Assembly: GCF_009914755.1 (NCBI RefSeq)
Contig: NC_060947.1
DNA: 64,000 bases
From: the human T2T-CHM13v2.0 reference genome, Homo sapiens
Strand: one strand, 5' to 3'
Position numbers and translations under genes: made by a program. Of this stretch, positions 1 through 17,083 are shown piece by piece; within the stretch, counting starts at the first letter, position 1, and the number at the start of each line of letters is the position of its first letter. Under the pieces are notes generated by a model. It saw only the letters and a list, made by a program, of their open reading frames with translations. It did no database searches and was not told where the DNA came from.

Positions 1-86
1 TCTAACCAACCTCACAGCTTCAACCTTGCTCCAAACTCCCATCTTCTCTCGTAAGTAACAGCAACTCCTTCTAGCTGGTCTCCCTG

Positions 87-505
87 TGTATTAGTCAATT
101 CTCACATTGGTATAAAGAAATACCAGAGACTGGGTAATTTATTTTTTTAAAAAAGGTTTTAATTGGCTCAGTTCCACAGGCTGTACAGGAAGCATGATGC
201 GGCATCTGCTTGTCTTCTGAGGAGGCCTCAGGAAACTAACAAACATGGTGGAAGGCAAAGGGGGAATAAGCAATTCACATGGCCAGCGTAGGAGGAAGAG
301 TGAAGGGGGAGGTGCTACAGGCTTTTAAACAACCAGATCTCATTAGAACTCTATGACTGTACAGTAACAAGGGGGAATGGTCCTAAACCATTCATGAGAA
401 CTCCACCCTCATGATCCAATAACCTCCCATCAGGCTCCACCTCCAACACTGAGGATTACAATTTAACAGGAAATTTGGGTAGGGACAGAGATCCAAACCA
501 TATCA
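87..505 (-). mobile_element. MST-type (ERVL-MaLR) solo LTR
   Basis: TGTATTAGTC...CCAAACCATATCA termini and typical MST/THE1 body; interrupts an L2 fragment. Confidence 0.9.
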
Positions 506-1206
506 ACCTACATCCACAGTGGACCTGTACAATCTATTCCCCAAAACCCAAAAGACAGGGTTACCCTGTTAAAACCTGTCAGATCATGTCACTCTGCAGC
601 TCAAGACCTCTTTTTATTAATAGTAAAAGGCAAGTTCCTTAACATGATCTATCACATCCCAGTAATCCATGATCTTCTTCCTTTCTGACCTTATCTCCCA
701 CTGCTCAGCTCTTGATGGCTCTTCTCCAGCCACAGTGGTCTCCATTTTGATTTCTGAACACACCAAACATGCTCCTGCCCTAGGGACTTAACACTAGATA
801 CTTCTGCTTTCTGCCTAGAATGTTTGCCCTAGGAGTCTGGATGGTTAAATCCCTCTCAGTCTTCAAGTTCAGTGATGTCTTCTCAGAAAGTTCTAATTTA
901 ACAGCTTAATTAAAATTTCAACACCTCTACATACACACACACATACACACACACCACCTTGAGTATCCTTACCAATCTTCAATCCATTTCCATAGCATTT
1001 ATCACATATTAACATAAATATAATAATTTATAAATTTATTATGCTTGCTGTGTATTTTTCTTCCATGCCTAGATCCATGCTATATGAAATCAGTGATTTT
1101 TCCATATTTTGTTCACTGATGCATTCCCAACATCTGAAACTGTCCCTGACACATGGTAATCATTCAGTACATACGTGCAAGAACAAATAAGTGAGTTAGT
1201 GAAATG
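506..1206 (+). mobile_element. L2 LINE 3' fragment (continues from 1-86)
   Basis: L2-like motifs (GATCATGTCACTC, TTGTTCACTGATGCATTCCCAAC, CACATGGTA...) ending in a degenerate GAAT-type tail. Confidence 0.7.
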
Positions 1207-1272
1207 CCTGAATACACACGCCAGATTCTAACCCTAGATAGTCTTAAGAAGGGTATGGACATGTATTTCTTC

Positions 1273-1303
<31 letters not shown>

Positions 1304-2670
1304 ATGTCCCTCTCCTCCTCTCTTCTCCTGCCTCAATGCACTTTCTTGTTGTTCCCTTGGTGAGTTTGATATGCACTCTTAGTGAAGAACCAATGAGGCC
1401 TCCAGATGGAAGAGAGTTGATCCTTACTATCAAATAAAGTTAAATGGTGAAAAGCTATAAAAAGACTGATTTGACCTCCAGGAAAGCATTCTAACAATTT
1501 ACAGATATTCAAAAGTGGAGTCGCCTACTATTGAAAGCAATGACTTTCCTATTACTATAGGTGTTTGACAGGAAGGAAAGCAAGCACTGGCATGGGTGGA
1601 TTCAGGTTAGAGAAAAAGATGAACAGAGGAGCCCACACTGGGAATACTTAAAATGTAGTATAGCTATACCTAGCACAGGTAAAGAAAGTAGCAGGAAAAA
1701 TGTTTTCTTGTATTGTGTTTGATTTAAACACACTCATCATACACGTCTTTATCCCAGAACAATTCTAGCTGCTTTCATTTTCAATTACTGATGCTTTAAA
1801 GTCAGCATCACTATAAAAATATATATAATGCTGTCAGTTTATATCTATTTTTAAAAACTACTTCTACTACCAATGAATATATTCACTATATGTACCAATG
1901 AATATACTCATTGGCAATGGAAGTAATTTGAAAATGTTAGCAATAGGAGGTCTTTAGTTAAGTGCTTAACACGTGGTTCAATAATATAATGACACTATAT
2001 AACCAATTACTTAAATGCTAACAACAACAGTCAATTTATATATTCATGTTAAGAACTTATAGAACTATTTCAATAATAATTTACTGGCTTTTCATTTAAT
2101 TTTGGGGGTATATCATGTTTGGGGATTGCCTTTAGAGTCCATCTTATCAGTTTGTGGCCACACTGTTTTGGACAAAACCAACAATGATATAAACAACAAC
2201 AAACAGTGTAATTTGGTAAACTCGGTCACTTTTTAACCTGATATAACTTAAAAATTATATTTATATTTCAAAATATAAAACTCCTTCTCCCTCAAAATGT
2301 TGACAGTATTTCATTATTCAGGACAGTCTAAAGAGAAATTACAAACACAATCACAAGTTCAAAATATTTAAGAAATATATAATATTTTAAATAATAAAAA
2401 TATTTAAGAAATATTTTGAACACTGGCAAATATTTATCATTCTATGATGATAATTCCTTGGATAGAAAGCACTCATTTCCTAGTAAAATGTTACATATGC
2501 CTATGGACACCAGTTAGTCATTCAAATATTTTATCGTCACATACGGTGCATGTTGGGGAGAGGCTATTTATATATCGTAATGTTGTGTTAATCCCCCAAA
2601 TTTTAACAGTGGAAATGTCCTCTTCATGTATTTTTATATAACAAGATTTATAAATAGAGATTGTGGTAAG

Positions 2671-3174
2671 TGTGGTAGGGAGAATAACGCCTCATGCAAA
2701 GATGTTCATGTCCTAATCTTCAGAACTTGTCAATGTGTTGGGTAGCTTGCTAAAGGAGAATTAAGCTTGCAGTTAAAAATTAAGGTTGTTAATAAGCCGA
2801 CCTTGAGATAAAGAGATTATATTGGATTATCAAGGTTGGCTGAGTGTAATCATAGGTCCTTACAAGTGAATGATAAAGACAGAAGGGAGAGAATCCGAGA
2901 GATGGTAGCATAAGATCCTGACCAAATGTTGCCAGCTTTAAAGATAAAGCAGAGGAGACATGAACAAGGAATGAGGGCAGCCTCTAAAGCCCAGAAAGCC
3001 AGTTTTCCCTTAGAGTATTCAGCAGGGATCCAGTCCTGCTGACATCTTCACTTTAACTCAGTAAGATTCATTTTAGATTGCTTACCTTTTTAAATTGTGA
3101 GATGATAAATCTGCATTGTTTTAAGGCATTACAATTTTGCCAATTTGTTGCAGCAGCAATAAGAAACTAATACA
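2671..3174 (+). mobile_element. MLT1D-like MaLR solo LTR
   Basis: TGTGGTAGGGAGAATAA...GAAACTAATACA; near-perfect 5-bp TSD GTAAG/GTCAG. Confidence 0.85.
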
Positions 3175-4718
3175 GTCAGCAAGCATTTTTGTAGTCATAA
3201 TCTTCTTGAAACTGTTTGAATAATGATTATGATTTTTTCTAATATTAGGTACCTTCAATAGCATTGTATATACTCTGTTATTGTTTACTAAATTTCTTGA
3301 ATTAGATCTATATACTAGCATATAAGTGCTTAAAAGTGTTTTCTAAGGAAAGTTTTTTAACTATGAAAAAAAATGTGATGCACATACATCTCCCAGATTT
3401 TTATGTTCATTGTTTAGTTGCCTAATATGTAACTTTTAAAACAAAATAGCATGTATAATAGTTCTGAATATAAGATGAGAAATGATGTGCAGTGACTCTC
3501 TATGAACTGAACATTTCTGATTAAGATAAATGCTACCTAGATCTGAAATTATGAAAAAACGCACACTGGGACAAAACCATCCTTTTACTTCAGTAACTAG
3601 TGAGTCATGAGTATATCTTGATTAATAGCTGTCAGACCTCTAAAAGTTTAATTTGTTATTTTCTCTAATTACTTTATCAAACAGTAGTTTGCATAATTAT
3701 TAAAAATTCTTATAAAATTAATATTGAATTCTACCTTTTCTTTTGTTAATTTAGACTTTAGGATTTACAATGATAATAACTCTGAACATGAAACAATTTG
3801 TTCATACTTTCTTCATTGACTCAGAATTTAATGTTAACTAAAAAGGGTTGTAAAGAGATGATGGCGAGATGTTGACTTCTATCATGATAAGCTCTGTTAA
3901 CACATTCCCCAGTGACACCAGTGAAAATTATTAAAAGGCAACCTTTTAAAGCTGCTTGAAATGGTCCTTAGGACAAACAGCAAATGAAGAAACATCTAAT
4001 TTTAAAATTATATAAAACTCAGTAAAAAGAGCAAACTGTGGTATTTGAAACAAGATCCCTCCTTCTCTCATCTCTCCCACCTCAGTGAGATGAAACTCCA
4101 TTCCAGACTGTTGCAGCCAAGAACATAGAACTCCATTTTCCCACAGTCCTAGTTGGAAGGTTTCCTTTTCAGGAAAAAGAGGATTTCAGTATTTCTCATT
4201 CAGCCCAGCTGCCTTTTGCTGAACCTAAGTCTTTGGGTGAAGGGAGCACTGTCCCTCATTCCTCTCAACGCTAATTTGTAGAACAGGGACTCTACCTTGG
4301 CTGTATCACAGTAAGAGTACTGGGGCCGTCAGTACTCCTTCCTGTGACTCATGGTGCAACGGTTCCATGACAGGGAAGGCAAGCCTTCCTACTTTCTTCA
4401 TAGGCTGCTGCCTTCCCAAAACAAATACTCAGCTTCTAGGACAGGGGCATTACTCAAAAAGAACCTTACCATTGTCCCCATCTCTAGCTCTGGAGCCCTG
4501 GATTAAAGATTTTTGCCTACAAAAGAGGCAGAATGTAAAACAGATAGCTTGAAATCTCTTCCAAAATAACTGATTTAATTTGCAACAAAGCATAGAGAAG
4601 TTTCAACTTAAAAGCACTCCCAATAACAGTACTCCACGCCTCAGTATCACACCTCGGTACATACCCAGGTAACAAACCTCAACATATACCCCCCTGAATC
4701 TAAAATAAAAGTTGTAAT

Positions 4719-5004
4719 TATATGTGTGTATGTATATATACATAAACACACACACTATATATACATATACACATACACATAAATATATGTGTGTATATAT
4801 ATACACACACATACTGATATATGTATGTGTGTATATATGTGTATATATATGTATGTGTGTATATATACATAATTATATATACATACATATATTTATCTGT
4901 ATATATATACACAAACACATAAATATATGTATGTATATATATATACACACAAACACATAAATATATGTATGTATGTGTGTATATATATATACACACACAC
5001 ACAT
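4719..5004. repeat. Compound (TA)n/(CA)n/(TG)n microsatellite
   Basis: Direct inspection; follows a short L1 3' end (CTAAAATAAAAGTTG). Confidence 0.95.
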
Positions 5005-5791
5005 AAGAGACTGATTGTGATGAAAATCAATTGAGAAGAGGTTTAGGGGGGTCATGTGAATACACAGTTTCAACTGTAGGGTGTTTAGTTTTGCAGGAGA
5101 GAACTTGGAATTCAGACCATGCAGAAGAGCTTTAAATGTCAAACATTGATCTTAGAAACTATAACTTCAAGGGAGCCACAATCTGATTAAGTTAGTTTGT
5201 AGAGAAGTTTATGCCTCAGGGTATTATTGAAAAGAATTGAGCAACTGACCTGAAATTAGTGGAGTGTAACAGCTGGGTATGATCAGGGAAATAGTGAAAG
5301 AAAGCCATAGCAGTACGTCTGTCATCCTAGGGTGACTGTGGACATATCCAAAGCTGTGCCTCCCTGATGAGCAATAGCAGAAGATTAAATCCTTTCGTGG
5401 GTGATTGGGCAGATGGGTGGGAAATAGACTTCACCAAAATAATCTAGCCATTCACTAAACAAATAAATAAGTAAATAATAAGAAGCCCTAGATTTGAAGG
5501 CAGTACCCAGAGTTGTAAAAATGTATTGTCAAAACGTGGAATTTACAGCAAAAAAATAGGAGGCATGAAAATAAACAGGAAAATGTGACCCAAACACTGA
5601 AAAAACAAAGTGGACAACAGAAGCGACCTGTGAGAATGTCCAGATGCCAGATTTAATGGAGTAAGAAGTCAAAGTAGACATTACAAATATGTTCACAGAA
5701 CTAAAGGAAAGCATAATTAAATGAGCTTTAAAAGGAAGGATGGTAATGTTGCACCAAATAGAGAATATTAATAGAAAGATAGGAATTATTA

Positions 5792-6108
<317 letters not shown>

Positions 6109-6654
6109 TCAAATGGAAATTCTAATTTTGAAAAGCACAAAAACAGAAGGAAAAAATAACTAGAAGTGGCAGAAGAAAAAACTTTAAAAATTTGAAGAGA
6201 GATTTATAGAGATTATACAAGCCAAAAAACAGGAAAAAAATGAAGAAAAATACCCACAGCCTCAAGAAATGTGGGACATCATTAAGTGCACCAATATGCT
6301 TATAATGGAAGTACCAGAAAAAGAGATGAGAAAGAAGAAAAAATATTTAAATAAATAATGGCTGAAAACTACCTAAGTTTATTAACAACAACATACACAT
6401 ACAAAGTGCTGAACTAATTCCAAGTAGAATAAATGCAACAAGACCCCAGTACAGACATATTATATTAAGAATACTTAATGTCAAAAACAGGAGAAAATCT
6501 TGAAAGCAGCAAGAGAAAAAAAGTACCATGAGAGAACTGTGATAAAATCAACAGCTGAATTCTCATCAGAAAACAGTGAAGACTGGAAAGTAGTGGGATA
6601 ACAAATTCCAAGTGCTCAAGGGAAAAAAATTGTCAAGGAAGAGCTTCATATCCA

Positions 6655-7548
<894 letters not shown>

Positions 7549-7574
7549 AAGTAAGCTATTTTTAAAACGTTTTG

Positions 7575-8030
7575 GAGGTGTGTATGAAGGATTTCTTTGG
7601 TCAGAAAAGTCAGAGAAAGATTTTCAAATAAAGTGAAAATTGAGTTCATTTCTGAAAAATAGAAAGCCACTATATATGGTGGGTGAAATAGTTACAGAGA
7701 GTATACGAACGTATAGGGAAAAAGGTATAGAAGGTTATGGAATAATTTAGAAGAAATTATTTGTACATAGATAAAATTGTGCAGAGATAGGCTCTAAAAT
7801 AGGAGAGACCATCGTGCATTTGAGGAATTGAAAGAGAGCCCTGTGATTATGTTATAGAAAAAGGCGACATATTTTATGTGATGAATGTGGAAGAAGATGC
7901 AGAGGACATATGATGCAGGAACCTGAAGATACTTATTAGGAATACTAGTTTTTAGCCTTAGAACAATGGGAGGCTAATAAATTGTTTTAAGGAGGAGAGT
8001 GTCATAATTGCATTTGACTTTTAAAAACAG
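7575..8030 (-). mobile_element. L2 fragment
   Basis: Degenerate antisense L2 motifs (GTCAGAGAAAG, TTTGAGGAATTGAAAG, GAACAATGGGAGGC). Confidence 0.55.
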
Positions 8031-8666
8031 TATTAATAAATTATTAGCAAAGCAATCCTTTTCAATGTAAAAAAAACTTTAAAGATTACCCACAACATTG
8101 ATTCATTTTTTCTGATTTTTTATTATAAACCATATAAAAGATATTTGAGATAGGACTTAAAATTATGTAATTCCAATTTGACTTAAAATCTTAGTGATTA
8201 AATGCATATCTATTTGTATTCTCCAGAGACTAAATTAGAAGAAAGAAAATTTAAAAGGCCAAAACCCACAAAGATAAAGAGAATGAAAAAAGAAACAAGA
8301 GTAAACAGAAATCTCCACACAATTTTGGAAGTTGGAAAGAAGATGAGAAATAGTAACAGATTCACCTGACTGGGGAAAAAAGTAGAAAGTGAAACCAATG
8401 CAGTAGAAGCCAAAAGAGAGTAAGACCAAAATCTCAGGTTTCAGAGTTAATGATTTTCACTGATAGCAGGTCACATATGAGGCTAAAGATAGTTGTAATA
8501 GTTAAAATCTGCTTAAGAAGAAATGGGACTTCACTTCCTGTGTCCTCTTGATTCCTAGAAAGCAAGATTTTACTTTCCTCACTTTGATATAAGATAGACC
8601 ATTTATTTTCTGGTGAGATTGAGTCAGAGAAAATCAGTACTTGGGTATACTTAAAAACGGCAATGA

Positions 8667-9008
<342 letters not shown>

Positions 9009-9712
9009 CTAGTACATGAAGTAAATATCTATCCAGAATGGTGACATTCCTAGTGCCTATCTCCAAAAGACCCCACTCAGCTGTCCCAAACCACACAGGC
9101 TGTTTTATACTACCTAGCCAAAATATAGGAGGATTCCATTTTGCGACAATTGATGGGTCTCAAGGAAATAACTTATATAAATACTGCCAATGGAGGAATC
9201 AAACAAACAAATGTTGGCCAAGAATGGGCCTCATCATAGGTAAGTCAGGAATGGAAACAATGACATTCAAATAAGTAGTATTTCCAATATGGTTTTTAAA
9301 GTGTAACTCAAAAACAAGCATCATGAAAAAGTGGAGATAACCTTAAACAAAGAAATTAAGACAAACCAAAAGAAAAACTTTTAAAAAACCTGATAAAATG
9401 AAAGGGGAAGAAAAAAAAACTTAATTTATAATTAATACCATTAAATGATAGATAATTCTATTCATTGTAAAAAATGTTATAAAAACAGGAGCACTCATAT
9501 GATAAGAAATAATACTTGTAAGTACATGTGTCTATATAAAATCTTACATTAAAAATATAATTTTAAATTTTGGAAAATATAGTTGAAAGATCTCAGAAGA
9601 TGGAAAGGAAAAATACAATAACAAGATGAGATTAGTTATAGAAAAATCAAATATACACTAATGAGAATATGAGGTGGGGAGGGCAGAGAAGACCAAAGAG
9701 AAAAATGGATAG

Positions 9713-9985
9713 TGTATTAGGCTGGGGAAGTCTCACAATCATGGTGGAAGGTCAAAGGCATGTCTCACATGGCGGCAGACAAGAGAAGAGAGCTTGTGCA
9801 GGGAAATTCCCCTTTTTAAAACCATCAGATCTCATGAGACTCATTCACTATCATGAGAATGGTGAAGGGAAGACCCCCCCCCATAATTCAATCACCTCCC
9901 ACCAGGTTCCTCCAATGACACATGGGAATTGTGGGAGTTACAATTCAAAATGAGATTTGGGTGGGAACACAGCCAAACCATATCA
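9713..9985 (-). mobile_element. THE1 solo LTR with internal deletion
   Basis: TGTATTAG...CCAAACCATATCA; perfect TSD GATAG; ~80-90 bp missing right after TGTATTAG. Confidence 0.9.
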
Positions 9986-10089
9986 GATAGAATTGGAAGG
10001 GAGGAAAGAGGAGAAAAGAGGGGAGGGGAGGGGAGATGAGAAGAGAGGACAAGAGAGGAAGGGAATATAATTACTTAAAAATAATATAA

Positions 10090-11545
<1,456 letters not shown>

Positions 11546-12524
11546 CAATATAAGAACATTTTTCAGAATTATATACATATGACTTTCAAGAGAGAAAGAG
11601 CCTGGTGAATGCCAAGCAAAAGAATAAATCAAACAAAACTCCAACTGTCTCGAAGTGTTTATCTTTTGGCTCTTTTAGGACTTGGTTTTCAGGATAAATT
11701 CAGCAGCAGCACATAACACAGCAGTGGCTGAGAGTTACTCTGTGTCCTACCCTAGCCCCATTTGTATGGATTCAGTCAACCAGGAAGGGGGGTTAGTGAA
11801 TGATAATCATTGGTATCATAAAGAATGATATTAGTAAAGAAGATGTCAGCAAAAAAGATGTTCTTAAACTACATGATGCTTTTTTTAGTCAGCAGTTCCC
11901 TACTTTAGTGCTCATACAGTGTACTTAGTTTTGGTTCTTTTTTATCCTGCTAGACTATTACTTTCATGTATCCCAGTAGTACCAAAGCAGCTACAGGACC
12001 CACTGACATGTGAAGAGGCAAAAAGTAGGTAATTCCTACTATCTTTAGCTCTGCTGTTAGCATAGGCCTCATAACTAACTAATGGATCTGCCAGAGTACC
12101 TGGATAATTATGCTTTACTTTATTGGAATAAAAACCTCCTAACCAATTGTTTATCTTCTTCAAGTGGAGATTTATCAGAAAGCAAAGTATATTTTTTCCA
12201 AAAAGTTTAACAAGTAAATATTGGGTTAGGCAGAATTGCATCATCCCCTGCTCCTATACAGACTCCATTTTAGACATTCTATGAATCCCTATTTTGAGGG
12301 AGTAATCAAAATTAATAGAAAACAATAGATTAGGGATACATATAGTTTTTAAGATTTCATAATAATTAAACATTTTATTGAGACAATAGGGCTGTTGAAA
12401 TTTTGCATAATGTTAGTCAGGTGCTTTGGTCTGAATGTTTGTGTTCCCTCAAAATGTATATGTTGAAATCCTGACCCTAAGGTGATGGTATTAGAAGGTG
12501 GGACATTTGGAGGTGATTAGGTAA

Positions 12525-13085
12525 TGTAGAAAGTAAAATGTCTCCTCTTCAAAGTTTTCCTTCTTCTTAAATAATAAATCATAAGTGTTAGAAATAATAG
12601 TTTCTTTTAAAGACTAACTTTCTTCAAGCCTCCTTGCTTTGTGCTAATAACTCTTTGTTAAGCCCTATCCTATGTAGCTGTTGGACATGCTCACAAGTAC
12701 GTTGCAGTTCACAGCCTATGCGCCTTCCTTATTTGGAAATGTTATTGCTTCTTTAAATCATTCGTAAGCAACTTCCTCTTTTCCTTTGTTCTCCCTTGTC
12801 TTTACCTATTTAAGAAAGTTTTAGGTTGTTAGCAAATCGGGTATCAGTTTAGACATGAGGTTCGGCTCCAGTCAATGGATGCAGAACACAGCAGTAAGGA
12901 CAACCCAAATGCGTAAGGGATAAATATGTCTGCTTTTCCTTTGTTAGGTGTACTCTCATGGCAAGACTACTGGCGAGTGTACCCTTTCTGCAGAAAGTAA
13001 AAATTGCCTTGCTGAGAGAATTAAATTTATGTTCAAGTGCTATTTCTCTCTGGTACCGGGGAACAAGAATTTTGCATTTCTAACA
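12525..13085 (+). mobile_element. ERV1 solo LTR, LTR10 family (subfamily uncertain)
   Basis: TGTAGAAAG...TTCTAACA, 561 bp, 4-bp TSD GTAA; LTR10-like 3' part (GAAAGTAAAAATTGCCTTGCTGAG..ATTAAATTTATGTTCAAGTGC). Confidence 0.8.
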
Positions 13086-13325
13086 GTAATGAGGACTTCA
13101 CCCACATGTATGGGATTACTGCCCTTATAATAGAACCCTGAGAGGGGTTCCCTGCCCCTTCTACCATGTGCAGGCACAGTGAGAAGACACTGTCTGTGGG
13201 CCAGAAAATGGTTCCTCACCAGTCATTAAATCTGTATTAATCTTGGAATGCCCAACTTCCAGAACTGTGAAAAATAAATTTCTGCTGTTTATAAGCAGCA
13301 GTACTCAGTTCATGGCATTGTGCTG

Positions 13326-13534
13326 TCTCTCTTTTGCTCTGGCTCTTGCCATTGCTCTTGCTTTTCTCACTCTGTTTTATCTTTTTGGTACCATTCATAC
13401 TTATCAAAGAATTACCACCAAGTGTTTATAATAATAATAATGATTTTGGGGCAACAAAGAGGCTCAGAGAAAAGAGTAGTTTTGCAGTCAATTCTCAGGA
13501 GCTTGCCATCATTTTCTTACGACTGTATTTGTCT
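13326..13534 (+). repeat. Direct ~92% copy of 16630-16840
   Basis: Manual alignment: ~15 substitutions and 2 indels over ~209 bp. Confidence 0.95.
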
Positions 13535-16500
13535 ATAATTAGTATTATAGCAGCACTAACAGACTGAGACATAGGTGTTCCAAATATTTGAGTTTTCATT
13601 TGTAAAGCCCTTTTCCTAATAGAAGAGAATATGTCTGCAGCGTCAAGGTTTGCTGCTTAGAATTACTCAGCCAAAAACAATGTTTTGTATTCACAGCTAT
13701 AGGGAATCCTTACCTTATTCAAGGACAGTTGAAGTGGTGCACTTTATTTTCTTGTCATCTTGGGTGTCTACAGAAAAGTTATTTAAGCGTATTCTGGCCA
13801 ATTACTTAACAAATGTGTTGCTAAGGTGTTTTGACCAGGAGTTGAAGACATTACCATAGGCAGAAGGATGTTTGAAATATTGTTTTCTTTGTTCAGAAAA
13901 ATGTAAAATGCCAGTTCCCAAAACAAAATAAACTAAACTGAAAGAAAATTAAACCATCCTGCTCAGGATGCCACTTGGGGGTGTTTTGAGCCAGTGATCA
14001 TTGAATTTGCCATTATTTTATGATTCCAACAGGGTTAATCCTGCTGTGCTGCAGCTATCAAAAACCACAGAAAATTCTTTATTTCTTTATTTTATAATCA
14101 TAGCTCACCGACACCTATGATAAGTAGCAGGAATATTTATGGCATAATTTTGTGCCGAGGTTGAGTTCTCTGTTTCTTTTTCCTTTTTCATGCAGTGACT
14201 GGCTTGCTAGATTTCTTCTGATTATTTTACCAATCTTATAATTTGTTTGGTTTATTAGCAACAAATCTCTATTTGAATTGTGTACCCCACAGGCTGAAGT
14301 GCAATGCAATCCAATACAAATACCTATAATTCACTTCAGCTGTTAACAGTATTCATTCCCTACCTGGCCATGTTTAGAGTCCTTTACAACCAACACAACT
14401 CATCTACTCTGTCCACTACCACAGCTCTTCTAACCTTTTCTCCCAACTACCCTATAGCCCCAAGGGTAGTTGAAATTCTACATCCTAATTGAGTTGAAGA
14501 CCTTTTCCCAACATGATTCTCTAAGATCTCAAGTCAATGAAGTGGCACATGAGATATTGTTGAAGAATAAACAGATTCTAGGAGAAGAGACGTTTATATC
14601 CATACCAAGAAGATGAGTAAGCAATCCATACTAGTGTGGGGATATAACACAGAAATAAACATAAGTTGTCTCTTTGTTTTAAAGTTTTCTGTTGAAACAA
14701 TGACACTGGAATTGTTGGGAGTACCAGCTTACTATTCTGTTCACTCATCTACATAATGAAAAACTGTCAAACATAGGTGTTTAAACTGCTTTTTGATAAT
14801 TAAATAGAATATTTTTGCCTAGTCAGCTTTCTTTGGAGCAGTACAGAACACGGCTTTAGTCTTGAAATTACTTTTTCTGGCTGTTTATGTTAATTCAGGC
14901 ATTACATTTCCCTATTACTATTGTCCAATCCTAGTTTACACTTGAATCATCTCTCATCCCCTCAGACCTGAGAAACCCATTGTTATATTTCAAGTGTGAA
15001 TACTTTCACATGATTAAGATTTTGGATTGGACTTTGAATGGCTCTACCCTTTCCCCACTATGAAGGGCTATGAATCAATGACAAGTTGCCTTTGAACATA
15101 GACATTCACATGTCCTAAAAACAGAATGCAATTTTTGTGAAATTCCTGATAAACGTGAGTTAGAAAGTCCAAACTACTTGACCTGAAAGTACGTGCTGTG
15201 GCCTTGGTGATCCAGCTAATTAGAGGGTCCCTCATTCTAAAGCACAATCTAAGAGCACAACCTCCACATTCCTTTTAAATGACTCAAGCATTGAACACTG
15301 CAGTGTGGGTGAGACACTGCTGTACTTTAGTAGATATCAGTACCAAAGAGACATTTGACATTCTCCTCCCATCCTCCACCAATCATGAGTAGATAATTTG
15401 GTTGTTTCCATATTGAAGCAGAAAACACATTGACACCTGCAAACCAGGAGTAGAAAATTTCACTCAGTCACTGAGGGGGAGACTTCTTTCCTGCACTTAT
15501 ACCCAAGTCATGGCCATGGAAATGAATCAGGAAAACCATACACAGAGAGACCAAAATTCTAGATAGGCCAATACTCATTCAGAATGTTCTCTGGACTTCA
15601 TAATTCACAGTTGTTTGCTATCAATCCGGAGATGTGGCTTAACTGAAACCCTGTCAGATATAAGAACAGGAAGTTTTAACATTTGTGAATCAAACTAAGT
15701 CAGTAACTTAAAATGGCCACAAAAATTGATAGGTTAAAATGTCTAAAAATAGATTTATACCTAGAGTAGCTCATAAGGGATTTCTCTTTAATTTAGTTAG
15801 TAGCACTGAAGTTCTTGCTTATATACAAAAGCCAGACACCATCATTATCACTTCCCCACTCGTTAACAAGTTCCCTTTAACCATAATGCCTGTACTTGTG
15901 ATATTTCCCAGTGATTTCTGATTAAAGCCGCCTGACACCTGTGTGCTTGCTTTGAGGTTTGACTATTGAGTATCTTTAGAACTGTGAGGCATTTGTTCTT
16001 AGCCTGGCTGGTGGTCCACTTATAATGCATAGCAACGTTCCTTCTGCAAATTGGGAATATAAAGAGGGAGATGATTTTTAGAACCTGAGAGAAGTGTCTT
16101 TCATGAAAAGAAAAGCTGGTTGCATGCCTCCCTGAAGTCCTGTGGCAGTTAACGCTGGCCCTGAGCCTCCTGGAGTGAATTTATAGCATGTAATCAAGTG
16201 TGATTTGTTTTGATTACCTCAGAACTAATGAAGGAGTACCTCCCACACAAGGCCTCCATCTAATTAGAAGTATCTGGTAAGAAGGTATTTGCATATTTTC
16301 AAGTCATATTATGTCATGAGGACGTTTGAGTTGATGAAAACTGACATTTACTATAAGATAAAAAGGCAATGCATTGAAATCAGGAGTCATGAGAGACTCA
16401 CAGCTGTGGATTTGGATGCCTGTTTTAATTGATGAGACACAGAGGCTCTGCCTCATGAACAAATCAGAAAATGAAGCATGAAGAATGTAAAGATGCAGAG

Positions 16501-16850
16501 GTCAGAATATCACGGCTGGAGGCAGAGCTGCAGACACTATGATTGGTGCATCCAGGTCCCCTGATTGCAGTTTCTAGCTTTTTTCCTCTCTTGCACTGGG
16601 ATTATCAGAATTTAGGTGAAAATCTTCCATCTCTCTCTTGCTCTGGCTGTTGCTATTGCTCTTGCTTTCTCACTCTGCTTTAGCTTTTTGGTGCCATTCA
16701 TACTTACCAAAGAATTACTACCAAGTGCTTATAATAATAGTAATAATGATTTTGGGGCAACAAAGAGGCTCAGTGAAAGGAGCAGTTTTGCAGTCAATTC
16801 TCAGGAGCATGCCATCATTTTCTTATGACCGTATTTGTCTTTAAAATTAC

Positions 16851-17083
16851 AGTAATAACTGCTGCTTACTGTATGTCTAGCATTGTCCTACATTCATCAC
16901 ATGAATTAATTCATTTATATTTTAAAAATTCACTAAAGTAGGTGCTTTTATTATGCTCATACTAATATTTAGGAATTGGGGCCTAGGAGTGCTGGAGTAA
17001 TTTGTTCAAGATCACCCAGCTTTTAAGCTAAGTTCAGAATTTGAACCTAGCTGACCTGACTCCAGATTCTGAGCTCTAACCAC
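16851..17083 (-). mobile_element. MIR SINE
   Basis: Antisense MIR core (GTAATTTGTTCAAGATCACCCAGCT...GAATTTGAACCTAG...TGACTCCAGA). Confidence 0.75.

Larger units (their letters stand above)
12422..13571 (+). mobile_element. MLT1A/MST-like MaLR LTR carrying two insertions
   Basis: TGCTTTGGTCTGAATG...ATAGCAGCACTAACAGACTGAGACA; split by an ERV1 LTR and a 209-bp local duplicate. Confidence 0.85.

Noticed and set aside
1868-2416. Short tandem duplications (TACCAATGAATATA; AAAATATTTAAGAAATAT)
   Set aside because: Ordinary slippage duplications in AT-rich DNA.
4603-5142. Overlapping YI/CV-rich ORFs
   Set aside because: Translations of the dinucleotide microsatellite.
13334-13567. Signal-peptide-like ORF MLWLLPLLLL and its paralogue at 16638
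   Set aside because: Non-ATG start; the frame is not conserved between the two copies (1-nt indel); explained by CT-rich sequence.
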